Below are positions 16,902 through 25,626 of a stretch of 58,674 nt of DNA, piece after piece. Made by a program: the position numbers and the translations under genes. Each line of letters starts with the position of its first letter. Within the stretch, counting starts at the first letter, position 1. The stretch lies in contig PKEU01000206.1 of the NCBI GenBank assembly GCA_002919195.1, forward strand, positions 1-58,674. Reading direction: 5' to 3'. The DNA comes from a bacterium (lineage in GTDB: Bacteria > Bacillota > Limnochordia > DTU080 > RSA5). The notes beneath the pieces are model-generated. The model was given only the letters and a program-made list of their open reading frames with translations, was not told the DNA's origin and did no database searches.

Positions 16902-18815
16902 CTATTTCAGGGCGTCCATCGCCTGGAAGAGCCGCCTCAAGGTTTGCTCTCGGACAAAGGTCAGGTCGTCCAGGTCGGATACGTGGACGTAGTAATTGAC
17001 CGTTGCAAACCAGCCCGAACCAACTTCTACCTTGCCGCCAATATCAAGGAATCGCTGGGTGCCGTCCTGAAACTCGACGATGATCCGGCGGCTTTCCGGC
17101 GCGGGATAAAATCCAAGCTCAGCTGGATCGTCGGGAACTGGAGGCAGGCTGTCCGCGGACAGTTGCGCGAGTTGAGAAAGGAGGTTGCTGACATCGGCGC
17201 CGCTCACGCTCTCACCGTTGCGCTGCCACTCAGAGCCGCTCCGGGCGATCCGGGTTCTGGTCTCCCCGCCCGAGGCGTCGACCACGATGATCTCCAGGCC
17301 CGTCACCTGCGACTCAACCAGCGGAAACAGGCGGGTGCGGACGGCCTCAGCCGCCTCGATGAGAGCGTCGACGCTGGCTTGGACTCCCGCATAGACGCCC
17401 TCGCGCTCCGAGGTCGTCACGTAAACGCCGTCGCCTTGGGGCGTCGGTCCGCCGATCAACAGGCGCAAGGTGTTGTTGTCGGTAAAGCGAATCTCAGCCC
17501 GGACCGAACGCTCGGCAGTTTCGAAGCCGTAGCCCCTTTCATCGTCGAGGGGAGCTGCAGCCCTCCTGGCCTCGACCGAGCTGATCGCTTCGAGCAGCGG
17601 CGTAAAATTGAAGACAATGGCGCGATTGGACTCCCAAAAGCCGTCGTTGTTGCGGCGGTAAACGACCTCCTCCCCGCCCGGCCCGATGGAAAGTGTAAGC
17701 TGCGCGACCCGCTCCGGATCGAGCGTAAGGAGTGAGTCGTTGATACCTAAGGCTTGACCAATCACGTGGGCCGCCTGAAAACGCGGCACGAGGTAAATCT
17801 CGTCACGCCCGTCGACTTTGACGTAATTGTACTTGCCGTCCGGGGTCGTCACGCCGATCTCCAGCGTCACCGAATCCGCGCCCCGGAGGTTGAGCACGAT
17901 CTTAGCGGCTCCCGGCGCCGGGAAAAACGCGTCTTCGGGCACATCCTGGGCCCGGTCGGCAGCCTGCACCAACCGCATGCTTCTCAAAAAACCCTCAACG
18001 TCAAACGCGACGGTGCCCTCCGGAGTAAGCCAAACGCTGCCACTCCGGGTAGCTTGGATCGTCAAAGGCTCGCTTGCCCCTGCTTCACCTTCAATTTTAC
18101 CAACTTCTATTATACTCGTTCCGCCTTCGCCCGGGGCAAAGCCGGCCTGCTCGGTCCCGGCGAGTGCTACTTCCTCGCTGGGCGGAAACAGCGCGGTTGG
18201 TTGGCTATCGGCGGCTTCATCCTCTTGGATTTCGGGCATGATCAAAATCTCGTAACCGATGATACTCGCCGGATCCAAAGAGAGCAAAAGAGTGTCGAGG
18301 AACGCTGCGGGATGCTGGCCGATGCGAGCCAAGGAGACATTGCTGATCGCATAGACCTCGTTAGAGCCGCGGGGCGCGACAAAAAGGCTTACGGGGGAAC
18401 GGAAATCGCCGATCAAAAGCTCTCGGGCTTCGCCCTGACTGTTGACGAGGCGCACGGTGGCCGTGGGCGAATCAAGACCGAACTGCCCTGGTTCCCCTTG
18501 CAAAACGTCGGCGACGGTCAGGTTGCCGAGCCGTTGGAGGAGCTCCTCTACGGCGGCCTGATTGGCCCGGTCCAGCACGGGTTCCAACATCATCCAATCA
18601 GAACCGTTCTTCTCCAGCACGACCCGGCTGTCGCCGCGGATCACCTCGATCAGCGTCGGCGTGAAATTGGCAAGCCCCAGCAGATCACCCGTGGCGAGCT
18701 GAGCTGATGCTGCCGTGCCAAGAGCTAGCCAGACGATTAATGCCGGGATCACTGCCAAGCGGAGTCCAACTCGCGTGCGGCAGACCACCGCACTCGAGCC
18801 CCAGAACCCCTTCAT
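16902..18815 (-). CDS. Multi-repeat DUF4340-like secreted protein
   Basis: Signal peptide; recurring unit W..V..LL..L..L....(F/Y)G....L.IG....Y(V) seen about four times. Confidence 0.7.
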   Translation of the reverse strand: MKGFWGSSAVVCRTRVGLRLAVIPALIVWLALGTAASAQLATGDLLGLANFTPTLIEVIRGDSRVVLEKNGSDWMMLEPVLDRANQAAVEELLQRLGNLTVADVLQGEPGQFGLDSPTATVRLVNSQGEARELLIGDFRSPVSLFVAPRGSNEVYAISNVSLARIGQHPAAFLDTLLLSLDPASIIGYEILIMPEIQEDEAADSQPTALFPPSEEVALAGTEQAGFAPGEGGTSIIEVGKIEGEAGASEPLTIQATRSGSVWLTPEGTVAFDVEGFLRSMRLVQAADRAQDVPEDAFFPAPGAAKIVLNLRGADSVTLEIGVTTPDGKYNYVKVDGRDEIYLVPRFQAAHVIGQALGINDSLLTLDPERVAQLTLSIGPGGEEVVYRRNNDGFWESNRAIVFNFTPLLEAISSVEARRAAAPLDDERGYGFETAERSVRAEIRFTDNNTLRLLIGGPTPQGDGVYVTTSEREGVYAGVQASVDALIEAAEAVRTRLFPLVESQVTGLEIIVVDASGGETRTRIARSGSEWQRNGESVSGADVSNLLSQLAQLSADSLPPVPDDPAELGFYPAPESRRIIVEFQDGTQRFLDIGGKVEVGSGWFATVNYYVHVSDLDDLTFVREQTLRRLFQAMDALK

Positions 18816-18881
18816 CCCACGCACCCCCTACGACACCTACACAACGCCCCTGCTGGGTTGCGCCGCTCTGCTGGATCCCTA

Positions 18882-19090
18882 CAATTTCAAGGATATTTCC
18901 CAGAGCCTAAAAGTTTCCTTCCGTTGAAATTGCCAAGAATCGTGACCAGCCCAAGCTGGCGTGGGATCGCCCCTTGGGCTGGGTGAGAGGCGGACACCCA
19001 TGCAAATCGTCGGGCGTTAACATTTCCTTTACATTCGTTCGAGTCGAGGGGGGCTGACTCCTTCCCGCAGCTTGAAAAGTTTCCGTGCAA
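18882..19090 (-). promoter_or_regulatory. Regulatory leader of the glycan cassette with LacI-like operator candidates
   Basis: AAAAGTTTCC at 18909-18918 and 19075-19084; inverted repeat CAATTTCAA/TTGAAATTG; hairpin 18946-18982. Confidence 0.4.
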
Positions 19091-19125
19091 TCGACAGGCT
19101 GGCGTGCCGGTTCTTTCTCGGGTTG

Positions 19126-19518
19126 TCAAAGATTGATGCCGATCACGCCGCCCAAAGCACCCGCGGCGGCGCTCCCCAAACCTTTCACCAGCCACGGCGT
19201 CGTGACGAGAAGCGCCCACTCAAAGTCCGGCTGGAAAGCTGCGGCGGAGATGGCAAAGTAGGCAAGCCCGACGCCGGCGCCATGAATCCACCCATACCGG
19301 CGACTGTGCTTCGCGGCGAGCATGCCGCCTAGAGCGACGCTGACATACGAAAACCAGTGGGCCCCGCTGGATAGCCCTTCCCATTCGGTCAATGCGACAG
19401 CGATTCCCAGGAAAAGCGCGACCAGGAGCGTCACGGCGAAACTGAAAACGACGCCTCTAGCTAGAGCCCCCAGGGAGAAAACAGCAGTACCGTCCCCCTG
19501 CCCACTTCTCACGAGCAT
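19126..19518 (-). CDS. TIGR04086/YrzE-family small membrane protein
   Basis: Four TM helices, GG..AAK...GWIHG..VG motif, GALGGVIGINL end; ATG 19518 after GGGAGGG. Confidence 0.82.
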   Translation of the reverse strand: MLVRSGQGDGTAVFSLGALARGVVFSFAVTLLVALFLGIAVALTEWEGLSSGAHWFSYVSVALGGMLAAKHSRRYGWIHGAGVGLAYFAISAAAFQPDFEWALLVTTPWLVKGLGSAAAGALGGVIGINL

Positions 19519-19554
19519 AGGAAACCCTCCCGATACCAAAGAGGTGGCATCCCA

Positions 19555-19584
19555 AGGGTATGCAAGCCCAAGGCTCGCCTAGAC
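19555..19584 (-). promoter_or_regulatory. Sigma-E-type promoter of YrzE-like gene
   Basis: GTCTAG-N16-CATACCCT on the minus strand, same spacing as the spoIVA promoter. Confidence 0.55.
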
Positions 19585-19621
19585 CGTACGACGGGCGCTC
19601 GCCCGCTTTTTCTGGGGTTTG

Positions 19622-19903
19622 TCATCGCCGGATTTCAAATTGCTGAAACTCCCCCGTGGGCTCCTGGATCACGCGCTCGATGCGCTCGACCCGGGCGTGG
19701 CGGGGGCCTTGCTGCAGCCGGCCGAGCAACAGGTCGATGACCTTGCGGTCTCCTTCGATCACGGCCTCGACCCTCCCGTCGGGCAAATTTCTCACATACC
19801 CGACGAGTCCAAGTCGCCTCGCTTCCCGCATGGTGAAGATCCGGTAACCTACTCCTTGAACTCGTCCTTCGACCCAGATGTGACAACGGATAGGCGCGCT
19901 CAT
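19622..19903 (-). CDS. acyP: Acylphosphatase
   Basis: [11 protein letters not shown] and [12 protein letters not shown] signatures; ATGA overlap with upstream gene. Confidence 0.93.
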   Translation of the reverse strand: MSAPIRCHIWVEGRVQGVGYRIFTMREARRLGLVGYVRNLPDGRVEAVIEGDRKVIDLLLGRLQQGPRHARVERIERVIQEPTGEFQQFEIRR

Positions 19904-21396
19904 GGATCCACCACCAACGTTCGTGTAAAGGGTTCCCAAACGATCGCGGCGCCGACGACTTGGGCAAAGTCGGCGCTCAAGTACAACCGGCCGTCGTGGA
20001 TGATCGGTGGGGCAGCCGTCTGTTTAGGACGGCCGTCGTAAACCCACTGGGTTTCGCCGAGCCGCCCCACGAGGAAATGAAAGCCCTTGAGGCCGCTGAT
20101 CTGCTTGGACTCCGAATCAAAGCGGAGCCGGATTTTCAAAAGCTCTTCCCAATCTGCCGCGCTCAGGTAGGCCATGCCGTCGATAAAGAGTGTCGGGCGA
20201 ATCGTCTCATAGGCCACGCCTCGGGTGACGACGTTGACGTAGTGAGCGTCCACCTCTTTGAACACCGAAAATCCCCACGGGCCGCCGACGACCAGGCGCT
20301 CGGAGCCCGGGTCCCGGGCGAGGGCATACACCGGGGTGCGCGCGAGCTCCAAGCTTCCTTTCTGACTCACCCGGGAGGAAACGCTCCACAGGGCCAAACC
20401 CGATCGGGTCGCCTCGACAATCTCAGCGATCCCGTCGTCATCGAGATCGAAGGCTCCGACCATGCGCCCAAACACCCCCGGCCATTCCACCGCCGTGCGC
20501 ACCGGTCCGAGGTCGCCGGACACCACGCCGAAGTGATGGGCCATTCGCTGCGATGAGATCGCGATGATCTCCGCAGGCTGGTTGCGGCGGAAGGTGTCGA
20601 CAAAGAGGGCGAGGTGCGTCCCCCAAATGTAGTTCTCCCACAGGGTGACGAGCCTGGCTCGAGGCTCGAGCGCCTCAAACTCCTCCTCCCCGCCGCGAGC
20701 CTCCACGGCCTCTTGCCACGAAAGCACCACCAGGTGATTGGCGTCCCGGGCGACCACCAGTTCATCCCGGTGATCGCCGTCCACATCCCGCGCCTCGACG
20801 AAGCGGATCAGCCTGCCGTAATCGCCCAGTGGCACGGGTTCGTACCCTCCTGGCGTCCAACGGTAGAGAAGCAGTTCCTCCCGGCGGGTGACGACGGCAA
20901 GATCCCGAAATCCCGATCCGTCCAAATCCAGGGGGATCAACCGTTGCACGTCAGCCCATGCGTAGCGGATCCGCTCCCGGCGGACGAAGCGGCGAGAGCC
21001 GGTGTCGTAGGTGTACACGTAGACGATTCCGGGGTTTTCCGTGCCGATCCAAATCGCGGGGGGGTCTTCCCCGTCGTACGGCGCGACGGCGACCGCCGTA
21101 GGAACCTCGGCGATCTCCTCAATGCTCGCCACAAACCGAGGCCCCTCTTCTTCCAGGGCGTAGACAATCACGCTCCGGTCGTTGAGCGTGACGATGTCCA
21201 TTCCTCCGTCGCCAGTGACATCGCCGAAAGCTAAGGCCGTGAGTGGCCTGGAAGTCTCGTGCCGCCAAGCCTCCACCCAGACGGTCTCGGCAGCGGAGAT
21301 CCCAGGCGACGCAATGAACGGAATGGTAGCTGCTGCGAGGGCGAGCACGACAAGGAACACACGATGCGCCATCGGCCGGCGTGATGGATGCAGCAT
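19900..21396 (-). CDS. Secreted FG-GAP/VCBS-like repeat protein with C-terminal copper-amine-oxidase-N-like (stalk) domain
   Basis: [40 protein letters not shown] Ca-binding loops; [14 protein letters not shown]...GA.IVW stalk motif. Confidence 0.72.
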   Translation of the reverse strand: MLHPSRRPMAHRVFLVVLALAAATIPFIASPGISAAETVWVEAWRHETSRPLTALAFGDVTGDGGMDIVTLNDRSVIVYALEEEGPRFVASIEEIAEVPTAVAVAPYDGEDPPAIWIGTENPGIVYVYTYDTGSRRFVRRERIRYAWADVQRLIPLDLDGSGFRDLAVVTRREELLLYRWTPGGYEPVPLGDYGRLIRFVEARDVDGDHRDELVVARDANHLVVLSWQEAVEARGGEEEFEALEPRARLVTLWENYIWGTHLALFVDTFRRNQPAEIIAISSQRMAHHFGVVSGDLGPVRTAVEWPGVFGRMVGAFDLDDDGIAEIVEATRSGLALWSVSSRVSQKGSLELARTPVYALARDPGSERLVVGGPWGFSVFKEVDAHYVNVVTRGVAYETIRPTLFIDGMAYLSAADWEELLKIRLRFDSESKQISGLKGFHFLVGRLGETQWVYDGRPKQTAAPPIIHDGRLYLSADFAQVVGAAIVWEPFTRTLVVDP

Positions 21397-21660
21397 GGGA
21401 CAGTACCCTCTGGCTAAAGTTTTCGAGCAACGGCTTAGGCGATGCACGACGTCCTTCATGGTCATGGTTATGCCATCGTCGCGTCGTCGGAGACGTTTCG
21501 TCGCCGCCGAACGAGCGAGAGTTCGCCAGTACCCTTCAGCATCAAAACCGGCACATCCTCCCGCTCGCTGGCTCGCGGAAGTCCTCCGGGTTTCGGCTTC
21601 TCTCTTTCACGAAGCGGGTTTGGACAGGTATAATACCTTGGAGAGACGCGAGGTGACGCC

Positions 21661-22845
21661 GTGCCCCACCGCCTTTTGCTCCGCATCTGTTTTTTCGGCT
21701 ATTTTGTCATCGGTCTTGTCATCACCGTCATCGGTCCTGTGATTCCCGCCTTGCAAGAGGTGTTTGGTCTCACCCGGGGAGAGGTGGGCGCGGTCTTTGT
21801 CGCCCAGGGCGTCGGTTACGCGCTGGCCGTCCTCATTGGCGGCATCCTCTCCGATCTTCTCGGGCGGCTGCCGGTCCTGGTCGCCGGCACGGCCGTGCTT
21901 TCGGCGGGCTTTTTGGCCTTTGGAACCGTGACGACTTGGCCGGTGGCACTGCTTTTCTTTTTTGTTGCCAGCGCGGGCGCCGGGATTGCCGAAAGCGCGA
22001 TCAACAGCCTCGCTGTGGATCTGGGCACGGGCGCGAGAGGACGTATCCTCAACCTGCTTCATTTCTTTCCTGCCGCCGGCGCGGTGGTGGGCCCTTATTC
22101 AGCTGACCTCTTGCTGCCCTACGGATGGTCGACGCCTTTCTTGTTCATCGGCGGCATGCTCTTTCTTTTCCTGGTCCTGGTGCTTCTAGCTGCCCGGCGC
22201 CAGGTCGGCAAGGGCTCTGGCGCGCGACCTTCGGGCTCGCCCTCGACGGCGTTTCAATGGCAGCTCTATTTGGACGCTCGCCTCCTCACCTTAGCGGCGC
22301 TGCTCGCGCTCTACGTGGGCGCCGAGGCCTCGATCACGGGTTGGACGGTGAGCTACGTCGTCGACGCCCTCGAGGCATCGACGCTGGCGGGCTCCACGAT
22401 CACCTCCCTCTTTTGGTTGGGACTGATGCTGGGGCGTGCTGCTTGCGCCCGCCTGTCGCAGCGGATGGATTACCTGAGCTTGACAGCTTGGATGGGAGGC
22501 CTGGCCGGCGGGGCATGTATCGCGTCGCTGCTGGTGCTTTCAACCTCTTGGCTAGGCTTTTTCATCTTTGCGGCGGGCGTGTTGGCCGGCGGCATCTTCC
22601 CCACCGTGGTCGCATACACCGGCGATGTCTTTCCCGGCAATGTCGGCGCAGCGACCGGGTTTATCATCGCCGTCTGCGCACTTGGGGGGGCTCTTGTGCC
22701 GGCTGTCGTCGGCGTGCTGGCTCAAGGAGCCGGCATGCGCCTCGGGCTCGCTCCCGCATGGCTGGCGCTGCTCGGCGTCTGCTGGCTCGCGAGGATCGCG
22801 GGCCGCGCGCAAGACCAGCCTGCCTCGACGATACCAGCGCCTTGA
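21661..22845 (+). CDS. MFS transporter (FucP/TsgA-like)
   Basis: 12-TM pattern, GILSDLLGR motif A, LYVGAE, FWLGLMLGR; TATAAT just upstream. Confidence 0.88.
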   Translation: MPHRLLLRICFFGYFVIGLVITVIGPVIPALQEVFGLTRGEVGAVFVAQGVGYALAVLIGGILSDLLGRLPVLVAGTAVLSAGFLAFGTVTTWPVALLFFFVASAGAGIAESAINSLAVDLGTGARGRILNLLHFFPAAGAVVGPYSADLLLPYGWSTPFLFIGGMLFLFLVLVLLAARRQVGKGSGARPSGSPSTAFQWQLYLDARLLTLAALLALYVGAEASITGWTVSYVVDALEASTLAGSTITSLFWLGLMLGRAACARLSQRMDYLSLTAWMGGLAGGACIASLLVLSTSWLGFFIFAAGVLAGGIFPTVVAYTGDVFPGNVGAATGFIIAVCALGGALVPAVVGVLAQGAGMRLGLAPAWLALLGVCWLARIAGRAQDQPASTIPAP

Positions 22846-22901
22846 GACGGCACCGGCCCCGGTTGGGACCTCAACGTTGCTCTTGGAAGGATCGATGAAA
22901 A

Positions 22902-23996
22902 ATGAAACTTGGGCTCATCGGCCTGCCTCTTGCAGGCAAAAGCACGCTCTTTCGGCTCTTGACGGGCGCGGCGCCTCCCGAAGGCGGCGGAACCAAGGGG
23001 GCGGTCGGCATCGCAAGAGTGCCCGATCCCCGGGTGGACACCCTGGCCGCGCTCTACAATCCCCGCAAGGTCACCTACGCGACGATGACGGTGATGGAGG
23101 TGCCGGGGCTGATCCCATCAGCCTTTCGAAGCCGTGCCGCGGGCCTTTTCGGACTGGATCCCAAAAGCTTTGTCGACGCGCTCAAGGACGTGGACGCGCT
23201 CGTCTACGTCGTGCGAGCCTTTCACGATCCCGCGACGCCCCACGTGCGCGGCGAGATCGATCCGGCCCAGGATCTAACAGCCATCGCGCACGAGTTGCTG
23301 CTCGCCGATTGGCAGCTGATCGAGACCCGCCTCGAGCGCTTGCAAGCAGCGAAAAAACGTCAACCGGACCACGAGCTGCAGCTGGCCACGCTGAACAAAG
23401 CCCAAGCCGCGTTGGAACAAGAGACGCCTCTTTTTGCCGTGGATTTCGACGAGCAAGAGCGGCGGGCCCTCAAGGGGTACACCCTTTTTACGGACAAACC
23501 TGCCCTCGTCGCCGTCAATCTTGACGACCAGCAGCTGGCTCAAGGCGATTACCCGCAAAAAGAAGGGCTCGCAAGCGCAGCGCGTGCCATGGGCGCGCCC
23601 GTGGTCGAGTTTGCCGCTCTGGTGGAAAGCGAGATCGCCGAACTGGATCCTGAGGACCGCAAGGCTTTCATGGACGACTTGGGGCTGACGCGCACGGGCG
23701 TCGAACGTTTGGCCCTGGCGGCGTACGCGCGGTTGGGCCTCCTGTCTTATTTCACCGTGGGCGAGGACGAAGTGCGCGCTTGGACCGTGCGGAAAGGAGC
23801 CGACGCCCGCGAGGCGGCCGGGGCGATTCACTCCGACATCGCCCGGGGCTTCATCCGGGCTGAGGTCGCCTCCTACGCCGAGCTGGTGGCGGCAGGCGGT
23901 TGGAACGCCCTGAAACAGCAAGGCCGGATCAGGCTGGAAGGTCGAGATTACATCGTCCAAGACGGCGACGTGATGAGCTTCCGGTTTAACGTCTAG
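22902..23996 (+). CDS. ychF: YchF-family (OBG-like, DUF933/TGS) NTPase, divergent paralogue
   Basis: GLPLAGKSTLF, VPDPRVD, SYFTVGEDEVRAW, AGAIHSD..RGFIRAEV, EGRDYIVQDGD..FRFNV. Confidence 0.85.
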   Translation: MKLGLIGLPLAGKSTLFRLLTGAAPPEGGGTKGAVGIARVPDPRVDTLAALYNPRKVTYATMTVMEVPGLIPSAFRSRAAGLFGLDPKSFVDALKDVDALVYVVRAFHDPATPHVRGEIDPAQDLTAIAHELLLADWQLIETRLERLQAAKKRQPDHELQLATLNKAQAALEQETPLFAVDFDEQERRALKGYTLFTDKPALVAVNLDDQQLAQGDYPQKEGLASAARAMGAPVVEFAALVESEIAELDPEDRKAFMDDLGLTRTGVERLALAAYARLGLLSYFTVGEDEVRAWTVRKGADAREAAGAIHSDIARGFIRAEVASYAELVAAGGWNALKQQGRIRLEGRDYIVQDGDVMSFRFNV

Positions 23997-24020
23997 CGGG
24001 CGCGAGGAGCGTGCGAAACT

Positions 24021-24602
24021 GTGGAAGGACGTTTAGAAAGGCAACTCCAATTTCTCATCGAGATCGACAAGGCCAAAAACGTGTTGCGGCAGTCCGTCCT
24101 CACTGATAAGTCGCGCCGGGAAAACGACGCCGAGCACTCGTGGCATCTCGCGGTGATGGCGCTCGTGCTCCACGAGTACGCCAACGAACCGGTCGATCTT
24201 TTGCGGGTGATTAAGATGCTCCTCATCCACGACCTCGTCGAAATCGACGCAGGCGATACCTTCGCCTACGACGAGGCCGGACGGCGCGACCAAAAGGAGC
24301 GAGAAAAGGCTGCAGCCCAGCGGATTTTTGGGCTGCTTCCGAAAGATCAAGCAGAGGAGCTCGAGGCGCTGTGGCAGGAGTTTGAGGAGCGATCCACGGC
24401 CGATGCCCGCTTCGCGGCGGCTTTGGACAGGCTGCACCCGATCTTGCTCAATTTCTACGCTCAAGGCGTCACCTGGCGCAAGCATGGGGTCTCCAAAGAG
24501 CAGGTCATGGCCCGCAACCGGCACATCGAGGAAGGCTCTACCGCCCTGTGGGAGCTCGGAAAGCGCGTCATCGACGAAGCGGCGGCCAGGGGATATCTCT
24601 GA
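24021..24602 (+). CDS. HD-domain hydrolase (HDDC2/YfbR-like)
   Basis: RENDAEHSWH, LIHDLVEIDAGD, ARFAAALDR. Confidence 0.9.
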   Translation: MEGRLERQLQFLIEIDKAKNVLRQSVLTDKSRRENDAEHSWHLAVMALVLHEYANEPVDLLRVIKMLLIHDLVEIDAGDTFAYDEAGRRDQKEREKAAAQRIFGLLPKDQAEELEALWQEFEERSTADARFAAALDRLHPILLNFYAQGVTWRKHGVSKEQVMARNRHIEEGSTALWELGKRVIDEAAARGYL

Positions 24603-24613
24603 CAAAGGCATCA

Positions 24614-25489
24614 TCAGGGGTGATTCGCGGAAGTGCCCTCATCCGAGACCAGGACGACCTCGCGCAAGAAATCGAGGCGGCGCATCTCCCGTTTGAGCTC
24701 TTCGGGGCGTTCAAAGCGTCCCACCACCGTGGCCTCGGCCCGTTCAGGGACGTACGAGACCGAGGTGAGCGCAAGGTCTCTTCTCGAGTGCCGCAACCAC
24801 TGGTAGAGCCCCCATTCGATGGTCTTGGGCCCGTTTTCTCCGTAGATCAGCGCCAAGAGCGCGGTGTGCGCAACATCCCAGACGTGGTGAAACGCTTTGC
24901 CCAGCCAAAAGAAAAGGCCCACGACGATGAGGCCCAGTGTGAGGGGATTGGCTTCCGGCGCCGAAGCGATCAGCCAGGCCACGACGATCACGGGCACCGC
25001 CCATTGACTCACGCGGCGGTGGGCTGCGTAGTAGTTTCCATCTTTGTCTCGCAGTAGAGCACCACGGCGAAGCGCCCTTCGTTTGATCAGCGCGAGGCCA
25101 GCGCCGTACACCCCAAAGAGCACGGTAGCCTGCAGCAGCGCGCCCGCGGTGATAAACCCAGCCAGGCCTACCAGAAGGACGATCAGAGCTCCCGCGAGGG
25201 CCCCGGCGGCCGCCGTCACTCCGGGAGCCGCATTGGCCCCGAGCCCCAGCGCCTTGGCAATGGTGAAGTCATTGGCCAGGTCCTCCGGACGGATCAGCAC
25301 GAGGTTGAGCTCCCCAGCCCAGCTGCGCAGGAAGTAACCAGCGAGAGCCAGGACCACGCCAAGCGTCATCAACGTGAAAAAACGGACGGCGTTGGCCTGA
25401 AAGATCAAGGCGTAGGCGCCCGTGCTCCCGCTCAAAAGGCCGACGGCGATGAGCAGCAGGCTTGAGATCCTAAAAAGTGGCGCGAACAT
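24614..25489 (-). CDS. Hypothetical multi-pass membrane protein
   Basis: About 6 hydrophobic segments plus a soluble C-terminal tail; fills the gap between HD gene and PFOR. Confidence 0.65.
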   Translation of the reverse strand: MFAPLFRISSLLLIAVGLLSGSTGAYALIFQANAVRFFTLMTLGVVLALAGYFLRSWAGELNLVLIRPEDLANDFTIAKALGLGANAAPGVTAAAGALAGALIVLLVGLAGFITAGALLQATVLFGVYGAGLALIKRRALRRGALLRDKDGNYYAAHRRVSQWAVPVIVVAWLIASAPEANPLTLGLIVVGLFFWLGKAFHHVWDVAHTALLALIYGENGPKTIEWGLYQWLRHSRRDLALTSVSYVPERAEATVVGRFERPEELKREMRRLDFLREVVLVSDEGTSANHP

Positions 25490-25589
25490 CGGACCATCAC
25501 CTACCTGCAAAGGTTCCTCTCATCGCCGCCGGTCCCTTTGACTCACGGGCAACGATAGCGCGAGTTTTCGCGTTTTTCGTCTAATAGCG

Positions 25590-25617
25590 CGAGCCCCCGG
25601 CATCGACCGGGGGCTCG
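25590..25617 (-). terminator. GC hairpin after PFOR (possible terminator)
   Basis: CGAGCCCCCGG/CCGGGGGCTCG 11-bp stem; weak U tract. Confidence 0.5.
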
Positions 25618-25626
25618 AAATTTGGC

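Noticed and set aside
14507-16999. 830-aa plus-strand ORF (also 9641-11092, 53130-54815, 56685-58070, 40200-41378)
   Set aside because: Antisense shadows of well-supported genes, expected from high-GC codon bias; no motifs
21468-21570. Small minus-strand ORF after GGGAGG in the FG-GAP/MFS intergenic region
   Set aside because: Poor RBS spacing and no recognisable features
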